Below, one piece after another: positions 50,954 to 61,194 of a stretch of 64,000 nucleotides of DNA (positions are counted from its first letter, which is position 1; every line of letters starts with the position of its first letter). The position numbers were made by a program, and so were the translations under genes. Under the pieces are notes generated by a model, which was not told where the DNA came from, ran no database searches, and saw only the letters and a list, made by a program, of their open reading frames with translations. The stretch comes from Saccostrea cucullata (Eukaryota): NCBI RefSeq assembly GCF_032062105.1, contig NW_026933486.1:124001-188000 (forward strand), in the 5' to 3' direction.

Positions 50954-53689
50954 ATGGCGGATAGTTTGTTGCCAACCTGTGGAAACGAAACTGAGGAAGA
51001 TTGTGAAGAGAATTTACTTGAGATTGAGAGAGACTCAGATGAGATGGAAGATTTCTTTCAATACATTCTTGATAACAACGTAGAGGGAATTAAACTGAAA
51101 CTGGAAGATGGGTACAATGCTTTGTCGGTGAGTGTACATGGTGATATGGCTCTTCATTTTGCAGCTTTGAACAGTAAAGTGGACGTGTTACGTGTTTTTG
51201 AAAATCAGTTGCGGAACAAGTCAGCAATAAACACTGTGCATGTTAAAGATATTGACGAATGTGGCACGGCTCTTCACACAGCTATGGACGGCCAAGTGTC
51301 TGTGGAAACTGTGCTATTTCTCGTAGAATGGGGTGCTGATGTTAACGCAAAGGATATCCGTGGAGGATCCGTTCTCCATGAATTGATAGACATGGCATGG
51401 ACGGATTTCGAAGAAGACTTTGATAGGGAGAAATACCTAGCATCAAATCCCCAGGACGGACAGAGTTATCTGACAAAATTATCCATTCTTCATCAGCATG
51501 GAGCAGACATGAATGCAAATCATGAGTTGACAAGTCTTACCCCACTTCAAAAATGGTGCCAGCAATCCTTTTGGTGCACAGAAAAATGTGAACATACGGG
51601 ATGTATTCCAGACTGGTGTTTCATGTTCTTAAACAAAATGCTTGAATATGGATGCGATGGGAAATCTGTGAATGATCGAGGAGAGAACCATCTGTATTAT
51701 TTCGCACAGAGGCGCTACAAAGAGACAGACCATCGCTTTATGGTAGATTATGGGAGAATGTGTGAACTTCTAGTTAAGTGTTGTGATCTTAAGCAGAAAA
51801 ATATCAACGACCACACCATTCTTCATGCTGCAGCAGAATTTTCAAATGTCGTGATCATAAGAGAACTTCTCAAACATGACATAGACGTAAATGTGAGGGA
51901 TAAATTTGGACTAACAGCGGTTCATCTAATCACACACAATATAACAGACGATGAGAAAGGGTTGGTGACGGGAATTCTTGACTTGCTTCTTCAACATAAT
52001 GGTGATATAAACGCTACCGACAATCATGGATCTACGCCAATTCACCATGCAATAAGCATGCAGAACTCTACGGCAGTCTCTTATCTTATTCAACATGGTG
52101 CTAATCTGAAGCTGAGAGATAACAATGGACTTGACGCATTAGAACTAGCAGCTATAACTGGTAAAAGTGAAATACAGAAACACTTAGGAATATTATACCA
52201 AAGGTCCCAGCCGGAAGTTGTTCCTGGGGTCACCGACTTTGATACTGGTTATTACTACCCTCGGTGTTGTCGGTGGACCGGAAGCGAAACCTCATTCAAC
52301 GAACAGGCGGACATTATCAAGAATCACAAATTCTTGTCTTATCTGAAAAGCTTTTGTTTTTGTCCACATAATACAAAGTTCATTATTCAAAACTGTCTGC
52401 CGTTTTATGACAAAAAACAAAAACACTATTTCATGAAAGATTTCAATAAACTTCAAGAGGAATTGATGGATGTTATGGAAAGAGTTGTTACCGCAATGAA
52501 TACCGAAAATAAATTATTTCATTGTGATTTCATTCTTGGGGGCAGTAACGCTGAAGGGACAAAAGTAGGGGCCCCTGATGAATTTGACTTTTTGTTTATT
52601 TTGAAGACCTTAAGCAAAGTTCTTGTACCCGAAGAAAATGAAGAATTCCGAGGATTTGTCAAACTGAAAGTTAAAGATGGAGACCCTATTGCGTTAAATC
52701 CATCAATTACGAATGAAAATGGATACGTCAAAAGAGAAGCATTGAGTTGCCATTTTCATAAGCTGCTAGAAAAGGTGCTTCGAAGGAAGGAAATATTTGA
52801 AAACACATGTTTTGAATCCCACAATGGAACGGTAAATGCTGAAGGTGAATGTTGGGACATAGGACAACTAAATCTGAAGTGGTATGGTCCATTTAGAAAG
52901 AGGCAAATGGTCAAAATTGATATTGTACCAGTATTGCAGATACCTAATTGGCGATCAATGTTCTTAAACAAAAATATTAGCATTATAGATTCACAAACGA
53001 TGCAGTCCGTAGAATGTTTTCTTGTAATGAAAGATGTCAGACGGGAAATATCCAACCTTACTTCAGCAGATATTGAGGACAATGATTTAATTGAAACGGA
53101 GAATCAATTATTTCAAATATCATTTTCTCAGTTAGAACATGCAGTTATCTTTCAATTGCCAGAGGAAGTGAGAGATGGTTTGAAAGTCGCGAAGACAATA
53201 CTTCTGCAAAGTCCAAGGATAGCCTGTGAACGGGTAGAGTTTAACGAACACGGAATCTGTGACCAGGTTTTACAAACAGCAGACGGATCGCTATTTGTGA
53301 CCAATGTCCATCACTATTTGACCAGCTATAAGATCAAAACAGCTTTACTTCACGTGTTGGATGATTTGAAACATAGGATAACTCTTTCTAAAGAAGATTT
53401 GCAGCCAGCTTGCTGGAATAAAGTAGTGACGGATGCAAACACACTTGAACCAAGAGAGAGCAACCTGTGTGAAGCTTTAAAGTGGACAAAAAGAATCTAC
53501 GAAAAACTTCACCATCTTGCAAAACGCAAGGGACACGTTCCGGATTATTTTTTATCTCGTCAGAAAATGACAGGAAACAGTGTTACTGCTCAAAACGAAT
53601 CCAGTGTATTGGCGGAGTATTGTGAGGTCATGTTACGACTGACTGAAAAATTCAAAGTACCCGATCACATCACCTCATTTACTGATTAA
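50954..53689 (+). CDS. Ankyrin-repeat + Mab-21/cGAS-like nucleotidyltransferase (cGLR-type protein), 911 aa, uninterrupted CDS
   Basis: ANK motifs GDMALHFAA, GTALHTAM...GADVNAKD, HTILHAAA...DVNVRDKFGLTAVH, GSTPIHHAI...GANLKLRDNNGLDALELA (aa ~60-410). NTase motif LGGSNAEGTKVGAPDEFDFLF (S531, E543, D545), third acidic residue in KIDIVPVL (D656), FQISFSQLE, LTSYKIKTALLH and VPDYFL correspond to cGAS/Mab-21 motifs. Confidence 0.93.
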   Translation: MADSLLPTCGNETEEDCEENLLEIERDSDEMEDFFQYILDNNVEGIKLKLEDGYNALSVSVHGDMALHFAALNSKVDVLRVFENQLRNKSAINTVHVKDIDECGTALHTAMDGQVSVETVLFLVEWGADVNAKDIRGGSVLHELIDMAWTDFEEDFDREKYLASNPQDGQSYLTKLSILHQHGADMNANHELTSLTPLQKWCQQSFWCTEKCEHTGCIPDWCFMFLNKMLEYGCDGKSVNDRGENHLYYFAQRRYKETDHRFMVDYGRMCELLVKCCDLKQKNINDHTILHAAAEFSNVVIIRELLKHDIDVNVRDKFGLTAVHLITHNITDDEKGLVTGILDLLLQHNGDINATDNHGSTPIHHAISMQNSTAVSYLIQHGANLKLRDNNGLDALELAAITGKSEIQKHLGILYQRSQPEVVPGVTDFDTGYYYPRCCRWTGSETSFNEQADIIKNHKFLSYLKSFCFCPHNTKFIIQNCLPFYDKKQKHYFMKDFNKLQEELMDVMERVVTAMNTENKLFHCDFILGGSNAEGTKVGAPDEFDFLFILKTLSKVLVPEENEEFRGFVKLKVKDGDPIALNPSITNENGYVKREALSCHFHKLLEKVLRRKEIFENTCFESHNGTVNAEGECWDIGQLNLKWYGPFRKRQMVKIDIVPVLQIPNWRSMFLNKNISIIDSQTMQSVECFLVMKDVRREISNLTSADIEDNDLIETENQLFQISFSQLEHAVIFQLPEEVRDGLKVAKTILLQSPRIACERVEFNEHGICDQVLQTADGSLFVTNVHHYLTSYKIKTALLHVLDDLKHRITLSKEDLQPACWNKVVTDANTLEPRESNLCEALKWTKRIYEKLHHLAKRKGHVPDYFLSRQKMTGNSVTAQNESSVLAEYCEVMLRLTEKFKVPDHITSFTD

Positions 53690-53819
53690 ATCTATCAATA
53701 CGTTCGGGAAATGTAGAAATACGCCTTTGAATTGATTACCATTCCTTGTTGTGATATTTATATTGTAAAACTGAATATTTCTTATATTAAGTTCACACAT
53801 TGTATAAAATGTGTGGAGG

Positions 53820-54440
53820 CAACGATCAGTATTAATCTCAGAAGTACATTAATCAACACAAATTTTTGAGCAGAGCATACAAGGACCTCTAAAACACTGT
53901 TAATTAAAGTCCAGGCTTCTTGATACCAATGACAGCTGGGGTTTTTTTTCAATACAAATGAAACTCATTAATTTACTTACCTTGTCATTTGTCATTTGCA
54001 AATATATTTTATCAAAGACCATTTTTATTGTACACAAGTACTCTGAAGTTGATATTAAAAAGGTGCTTGAGTTTCTGATTGACAATATTTATGCGGTCTT
54101 TGGAGACCAGTTCTTCCGACAGTCTGTTGAAATTTCCATGGGTACGGTCGCACCCTTTGATTATTATTGTCAGCAAGACATCTATCATTAAGTCAAATGC
54201 CGACTTACGTTATTTTATACCAATTGTTCAATTATTCATTATTCACATACTTAACCATCTACGATTTTTCCCGATCATATCAAGGAGCACACGTGGGTGT
54301 GACGGTCGACAGGGGATGCTTACTCCTCCATAAAACCTGATCCCACCTTTGATATTTTAGGTCCATGTTTCCTCTGCTCAAAATTTGCATTGCTTCAATG
54401 GATCTTGAGATTGAATGCTAGTAAGTATTTCCATATTTCT
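53820..54440 (+). mobile_element. Penelope-like fragments just downstream of the ANK-cGLR stop codon
   Basis: Short inverted 3' piece (53820-53900), then HKYSEVDIKKVLEFLIDNIYAVFGDQFFRQSV and the 3' module at ~54270-54380. Confidence 0.82.
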
Positions 54441-54873
54441 TTGAGTACAACAGTGAGATATTTTGAAAAACGATGGGATGAACATAGCCATTGTTACAAT
54501 GTATTTGAAACATTTTGATTGTACACACATGTACTCTGAAGTTGATATTTAAAATGATGCTTGAGTTTCTGATTCACAATATTTATGTGGTTTTTGGAGA
54601 CCAGGTTTTCAACAATCCATTGAAATCACCATGTGTACCTATTGCGCCCCGTTATGAGCAGATCTATTTTTGTATTCATATGAAACGGAAATAGTTCAAA
54701 ATCTTATAGGTATGCAAGAGCATGCTCTACATGAGAAAAATTTCTAAAACGAGGTAAAGTATTGACAAACAAATTGATGAAACAAGGATATCATCAGTCT
54801 CGTTGAAAGTCATCATTTCGTAAGCTCTATGGTCGATACAATAACCCTCTCAGCAAATGCAATATATCATTAA

Positions 54874-55590
54874 GGTTTCGTCAAAGGTCAACTTGACTAA
54901 AAAATTATTTTTACAATAGCTCCAAAACTATGTGTGGTATAAAGTCAAAACGTTTATAGTTTATAAATATATCATTGATTAATAGATAGAAAGTATCGCT
55001 TGATAACAAATATTTTTAAAAAGATATTTTTTGAGAAAAATTGTATCAGAAAATGTGCATATTTAAAGAAAAATGCACCTGCTTAATTATGTCTTTTTTG
55101 TGAAAACCATTATTGCAGAAATAAAATATGTTTATCATTGAAGGGCAAGTTGGACGTGAATGGTCTCTGAAAGGCTGTTATTGAAAGCATGACATGTATA
55201 AAGACAAGACCCCTATAAAATACGCCATTTGCAATGTACTTTCAAGTCTTAACATTTGGACAAAATAAACAGGGAAACAACTTTCTAGAGGTTATCCAAG
55301 TCCAACTTGCCCTTTATTGATAAACATATTTTGTTTCTGAAATAATGGTTTTCACTAAGAGCACGGAATTAATTAGGTGTATTTTTGGAAAATATATGCA
55401 TTTTTAAGAAGAATTTTTCTCAATAAATATTTTTTCCAAGTATTTTTTATCAAGTGATACTTTCTATCTATTAATCAACGATATATTTATAAACTGTAAA
55501 AGTTTTAACTTTATACCCCACATAGTTTTGGGGTTATTGTAAAAATAAATTTTTGGACATGTTGACCTTTGACGAAACCGGCCACCTTTA
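54874..55590. mobile_element. Foldback MITE with ~300-bp inverted arms next to TTAA (Kolobok-like ends)
   Basis: TTAA|GGTTTCGTCAAAGGTCAAC... mirrored by ...GTTGACCTTTGACGAAACC at 55561-55579; arms align over ~54874-55179 and ~55277-55579. Confidence 0.8.
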
Positions 55591-55924
55591 GTGCAGTGAG
55601 AACAAAATGTAAACATTTCTTCAAATGGCTAAAATACATTATATTTTGATCAAATTTTAAGTCGTTATGATAACGATACAATAAATATGCATAGCTGAAT
55701 GCATGTTGTGCATATATAATTTAATTTTAGTTGTAACACGTCATTTGATTGGTTAAACGGTTTTATCCATTTTGTATAATATGACTTGCCTATGTCACAG
55801 TGAGTTACGTCAAAAACGTATTACTCTGCTTGACGTTAACTTTTAAAATATGCGATATTTGAAGCCTTCTTCCGAAGGACAAAATGGAAAAAATTGTCTC
55901 ATTGTCTACATTGAAATCAAATTA

Positions 55925-56079
55925 TAAGGAATGAAGCTTATTTCAACTTATGTTATACGATATAACATAACTTGGGGCAGTTTACGCTTTTTTATAAACC
56001 GCTTTGCGGTTTATAAACGTAAACTGCCCCAAGTTATGTTATATCGTATAACAAGAGTTGAAATAAGCTTCATTCCTTA
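55925..56079. repeat. Near-perfect 155-bp palindrome
   Basis: taaggaatgaagcttatttcaact...ggggcagtttacg..ttataaaccgc ttt gcggtttataaacgtaaactgcccc...agttgaaataagcttcattcctta. Confidence 0.9.
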
Positions 56080-56589
56080 AATAATCTATACTTTTACAGA
56101 AAAATGCATTTGATATGCTCCTTAGAATTGCGCAGCTACAGAATTCAGCAGAGCGTTAAAAAACCCAAAAAATATGCAAACTGTGCGTTAATGTTCTGTC
56201 TACAACCATTTGTTGAGAAAATGTCTAAATTTTGCACTTTTAGATGATAATTTCAAGTTCAAAACAAGGTACCGTTGACTTCAAAAAGAGTGTAAAGAAC
56301 CATGAAAGTAGTTCATGGATAGCAGCACGTGGTCTATTTTTAGCACAGAATTTTGTTTTCCAGACCTCTTCTTAATATGGAGGGACATAACAATCTTTAA
56401 ATGTAGAAGAGAATTACAGTTGCAAAATATTTCAAATAATATGAACACTTTTAAAAGAGGAAATGTATTATAGTGTAGCTTGAAGTAATTTATTTAGTAT
56501 TATCTTGGACAGGCGCAATAAATGAAACAAAAATTCTTATGGGTTTTATATTTATTTGGCGCTATTGGGCACGGCTGAATTACACAAAA

Positions 56590-56890
56590 TATTATTTCGG
56601 GCCTCCAAAGCAACGGGTAGGCCCAGCAACAACAACAACATTTCATTTCAACAACAACAACAACATTTCAGTACAACATCAACATACAACATATCAGGTG
56701 ACCTTGACCCTGGGAGATGCAGAGGTCAAGGTCACATAATAAAAACTTGCAATGCAAGAATAATATTCACACATCCATGACTCTGGGAGGTGCAGAAGTC
56801 AAGGAAGCAAATAAACATAGTTTTGTTTACACTGTCACAATATTTACATGGTATTCAACTTTGACCCTGGGTGGTGCAGCGGTCCAATAA
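56590..56890 (+). mobile_element. Possible Helentron-associated (HINE/DINE-1-like) element remnant
   Basis: Short inverted repeat GGGCCT..AGGCCC, then (CAA)n, then the hairpin GTGACCTTGACC...GGTCAAGGTCAC and degenerate gaccctggg repeats. Confidence 0.45.
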
Positions 56891-57540
56891 TGAACAAATA
56901 TTATATGATAGTTAAATTGATGTATGCCGCTCAGTTCACAAGTTCACAGACAATCTTCAAAATGACAGCCGTGCCGGATATTTAGGTAAAGATGACCTCT
57001 TGCCTTGTATTTTCCACTGAAAAGAAATAACAGAAACACCAGCAGTATCTATTCAACAATGTATATTTGGGGGATTAAGGGGAGGGAGGGATTTTAAATC
57101 TCTATACTTAGTCGTTTTCTAAAATTTGAATAACACCAACCTTGCAACTAGCGTGTAGCCGGCAAAGAGAGAGTTTGCCGCATGAGTGCTTTCTTTATAT
57201 ATAACTGAAGGTTTGATAACTCGTGCCAAAATAAGGAGAGGTAACTGCGCCAAAAAAATTGCGCTGCCAAGATAAAAGCATCTTATTCGCATATAGGCGA
57301 GATAGATGCCATATTATTATCGAACAGTTGTTAAATAGTGTACGTATTGATATTAAAAAAAAATCTTAAACTCTTTGATTCCAGGTAAGGAAAAATGAGC
57401 ACCATCAAAGTTAAAAATTAAGAGTTTGTAAGTTTGCCACAGACAACTTATATTATCTATCAAAATTTTAATTATCACTAGTGAAACACAAAGACACATA
57501 AAATCGATATAAATGACCTTGTTTTAGTATACCTACTGTA

Positions 57541-58079
57541 CGAGGGGTGATCAAAAAGTTCGCGAACTATCTCTATATCTACAAGACCAGAATTCAGATT
57601 AGAAACAAATTTGATGCACACATAGCCAAACACAAGTTCTATAAATAGCATATGCTGAATAAAGTTTTGCTCCTTGTTTGTGACGTCACAATGTGAAAAT
57701 TACGTCATTATGCAGGTACTTGTGACGAAAAATGGTTGTGGAACTCGTTCAACAAACGACTATAATATTTATGGTATATCTAAGAAATGCCTTTGAAGTA
57801 GCGTATAAGAATTTGTTCACAGTTTATTAAGACAAATGACTTCCTATAATTTCAATCAATGATTGGATAGATCGTTTTAGTGAAGGAAGGCAGATGGTTA
57901 AATATGATACTTGTTATGTTGCCCGGTGAAAGCAAGTTTGAAAAGGGATGTGATTTGAAAAGCAATATGCTATGATAATCAAAGACCTAAAATTTACACT
58001 TTAAAAGATACTTGAATATTTCAACAATAATATAACTATCAAATACCTAAGATATCGTTTACTTTTTGATTAACCCTCG
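57541..58079. mobile_element. Mariner-type MITE
   Basis: TA|CGAGGGGTGATCAAAAAGT ... ACTTTTTGATTAACCCTCG|TA; TA target duplication. Confidence 0.85.
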
Positions 58080-58629
58080 TATATTGTGTCAAATACTAGT
58101 AAACATTTACAATTTTCATTACCGCGGAGCAACATTTGAAAAGGAATAAAATCATTCAGGAGTGGGTTAGGAGATTTAATGAATATCGCAGTTTTAACAT
58201 GATTAATTTCCTCCTAATTAAAACAAAATAAACTTAATTATTTACTAATTTTGGTCTCTAACAGTAGGTAATTAGTGCATTAGCATTTTGAGTAACTTTG
58301 GGCTAGTTTTGTAGAGTATTAAGCGCATTCTTGGTATTTCTTAATTTACACCAGACTAGATCCAATATGGCTCGTACATCCCCCTTAAGTCAAATGCTGA
58401 CTTGTGTTATACGGTAATTATTGACCATTATGTACCTACTGTATTGTCGACGGATCGTTCCGTTATTTCCCAATCATTACAGGGAGCACACGACGGGGGT
58501 GACCGGTCGGCAGGGGAAGCTTACCTCTCCATGGCACCTAATCATACCTCTGATGTTTAGAGGTCCACGTTTACTCTGCTCCTGATTTGTATTGTTTAAT
58601 GGAATTTTGAACTCGAATACTGTTCGTTG

Positions 58630-60434
58630 TGTCTTTCCTGATATACTTTATTTTATCAAATAAGGGGGAAGATAGTCATGTTGTATATTTTATTTGATAA
58701 AATAAAGTATATCAGGAAAGACAGTTATGATTAATGACTATGTATGTGTACCGGTATATGTGTCCTTATTAGGTATTAACATAGTGTAGAATAATGAAGT
58801 AGTATTGTAGATTTTCTTGTTTAAGTAATATTTTTTTATTATTATTTTTTCTTGTATATAGTACAGCAGTATTTCATGTATTTTCCGGGTTATATGAGAT
58901 TAAGTATGAAAGATTTATATAAAATAATTTTTACACTTACGTACATAAATTAATGTCAATTCAGTTTGCCAAAAAAAAAAAATGTGTTATTCAAGACAAA
59001 TAATTCAATCTGTTCAATTTACTTATCAAAACTTCATCAGTTAGAAATGTTTGGTAACAATGGCACAAAAATGTATAATGATGTAATTTGTTATTCAGAG
59101 GTTAGAGTGAATTTGCAGTTAGGTGTTAAGTTGTTTGCAATTGTCCTTTAGGGTTTCCTTTCATCTTTTTTTACCTAGTGTCAAAGTCAAGATATACTCA
59201 GGTGTCAGTAGATTTTTCTTTGTTAGGGGATTACCTGTGTTAGAGTCAATTAATTGATAATGGTCAGTGTCCGGAGATCACGGTCACGTGATCTACTTAA
59301 TAGCGATTTCAATTAACAAAACTATTCGAGAACAAAGAAACTAAATTTTGATTGGCCGAAATTGACCAGGGAAGCCCGGGTCTCCGATTTAGATTGCGTA
59401 CCCTTTTTTTGGTCATTCTTATCGGAGACCTGAATAAAGCAGTATATTTTACTTAGCACTTCCCTGTGTCTAATTTCAGGTAAAATGGTTTATATATTTT
59501 TTTTTCTTTTCTTTTAAAAGTAACTGCAAATTATTATTATGTTTTTTAAAGTTAGTTAAAGTATTTGATTTTGTTTTTGAGAAATTTGAGCTTTCATTCA
59601 AAATAAAATTCTGTTTTAAATAATTAATTACAAACAAAAACTAGTTATTCAGTTTTAAGGTTTATTGTTTAAACTTTTTATAAAACTAGTTCTCAGTCAA
59701 TATTCATGGCTTATTGTTATTATTTTGGTTCAAACCAGCAAAGTTCGGAAATAATTTGTTCAGTTTAGGTTTTGGGTTTTACTATTTATTAAACGGGTTT
59801 TCACTTTTCACAATGTTGAACAAACAAACCATGCGGCGAGTGAATTTTATATTGTAAGTTCTTTTAAGTATTTCTTTGATTGATCAAGTAGTAGGATGTT
59901 TTTGATAAAATAATGGTTTTTATAATTCTTCTTATTTTGGGTTAAAGTTATTTATTTTGATAATGTTAGCTTAAACTTGTTTACATTTTGTCAGTTCGAA
60001 TTTCCTTAGCCAATGTTTACCTTCACTACTTATTTAGTTAAATGACTTTGTTTCGATTTTTTTATACAGAGTGAGTATTTTCATATTGTTTGATCACTCT
60101 ATTAGTCACCAGAGTTAAGTAAGTTAGGGCACCAACCTTTGTAATGCGTTATGCAGATAGAAATATAATTTTTATTGTACCTGGTGACTATATATATTGT
60201 GCATTCTTATCGGAGACCTGAATAAAGCAGTATATTTTACTTAGCACTTCCCTGTGTCTAATTTCAGAGTAATTGTCCCAAACCTATTTGGACTGGACAT
60301 TACGTCATTAAGGGTCCTCTACACTGCCAGCGAGCCAAGTTCCCCAACTATTCAAATCGTACAAAAACACGACACGATAACTATAGTCATGTTGTATATT
60401 TTATTTGATAAAATAAAGTATATCAGGAAAGACA
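58630..60434. mobile_element. 1.8-kb TGT...ACA element with 34-bp terminal inverted repeats and a 4-bp TSD (Ginger-like non-autonomous element or solo LTR)
   Basis: GTTG|TGTCTTTCCTGATATACTTTATTTTATCAAATAA ... TTATTTGATAAAATAAAGTATATCAGGAAAGACA|GTTG. Confidence 0.85.
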
Positions 60435-60659
60435 GTTGTCTCCTTATATTTCATATTTACGTCTTTGATATATCTTAATGTTGAATTAAAGACCACAGAG
60501 AGATATTTCTTTTAATGTGAAAGTGTATTGATAAATTCTGTTTCATATGACTGCAGATATAGGTCTGCTATTAATAGGGCAAAATTGGGCTTAAAGGCTG
60601 TCATTTGCAATTTGTATATAACTTCTAAGTGGACGGACTCAGTATGTTCAATAAGAGGG

Positions 60660-61065
60660 AACCACACCAGGTACAACTGTAGCGCAATCCTTTAACCACT
60701 CCTATTTTTTCTATTTATTTCTGATTTGTTGGAGTATGTGTCCAAGCATTCAACTGTCGGACAGTTTGCGGATGACTGAGCTAGCTCTGTATAGAGACTT
60801 CAAAATGAGGATAATGTCATATAGCACAAGAAAGACATAGACGAGCATCAAAGATGAGGAAAAATGTGGATGATGGAATTCCATCTTGGAAAAGGTCAGA
60901 TCTTCGAAAATCACATGTACCAAGAAAGGGTAGGTGGTCTATGAACCATAAGTGATCCATGGTCAATGTTATCAAGGTGTGATGTGGAACAACCACATTT
61001 ACACCAATGCAAAGACTGTCAATTCCACCGTCGCCATTTTGAGACGTAACTTGCATTGCAGACAT
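60660..61065 (+). mobile_element. Decayed CR1/L2-type LINE RT fragment
   Basis: PLLFFLFISDLLEYVSKHSTVGQFADD and YQGVMWNNHIYTNAKTVNSTVAILRRNL resemble the CR1 motifs STVRLFADD and KAN.TLGFLRRNL. Confidence 0.7.
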
Positions 61066-61194
61066 TGCAATTTACGTCAGACTGAGTGTCCATCAGAAAC
61101 AAAGGGCGTTATGCTATCTGAGCTTAGTCAGGTCCCTCCCCTCTTGAATATGGAGTCTGGGCTCCCTACACCTGGGACGGTATTGGCAAACTAA

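Larger units (their letters stand above)
54505..60450 (+). mobile_element. Penelope-like copy split into three pieces (54505-54873, 58385-58629, 60435-60450) by two later insertions
   Basis: Family consensus ...tatcaTTAAgtcaaatgctgac... and ...gaatactgttcGTTGtctcc... is restored on removing 54874-58388 and 58630-60438. Confidence 0.8.

Noticed and set aside
51342-53082. Three minus-strand ORFs inside the ANK-cGLR gene
   Set aside because: Antisense shadows of the real CDS with no recognisable motifs.
50954-53689. Calling the gene MAB21L1/2, CGAS, OAS or RNase L
   Set aside because: Ankyrin fusion, no cGAS zinc-ribbon, no kinase/RNase domain and no resemblance to the highly conserved MAB21L sequence; only family-level assignment is justified.
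50954-53689. Bacterial CBASS operon or horizontal transfer
   Set aside because: Motifs are of animal cGLR type, there are no neighbouring effector ORFs, and the flanks are host transposons.
56539-56780. Poly-Q/poly-N ORFs
   Set aside because: Translations of a (CAA)n microsatellite within a repeat.
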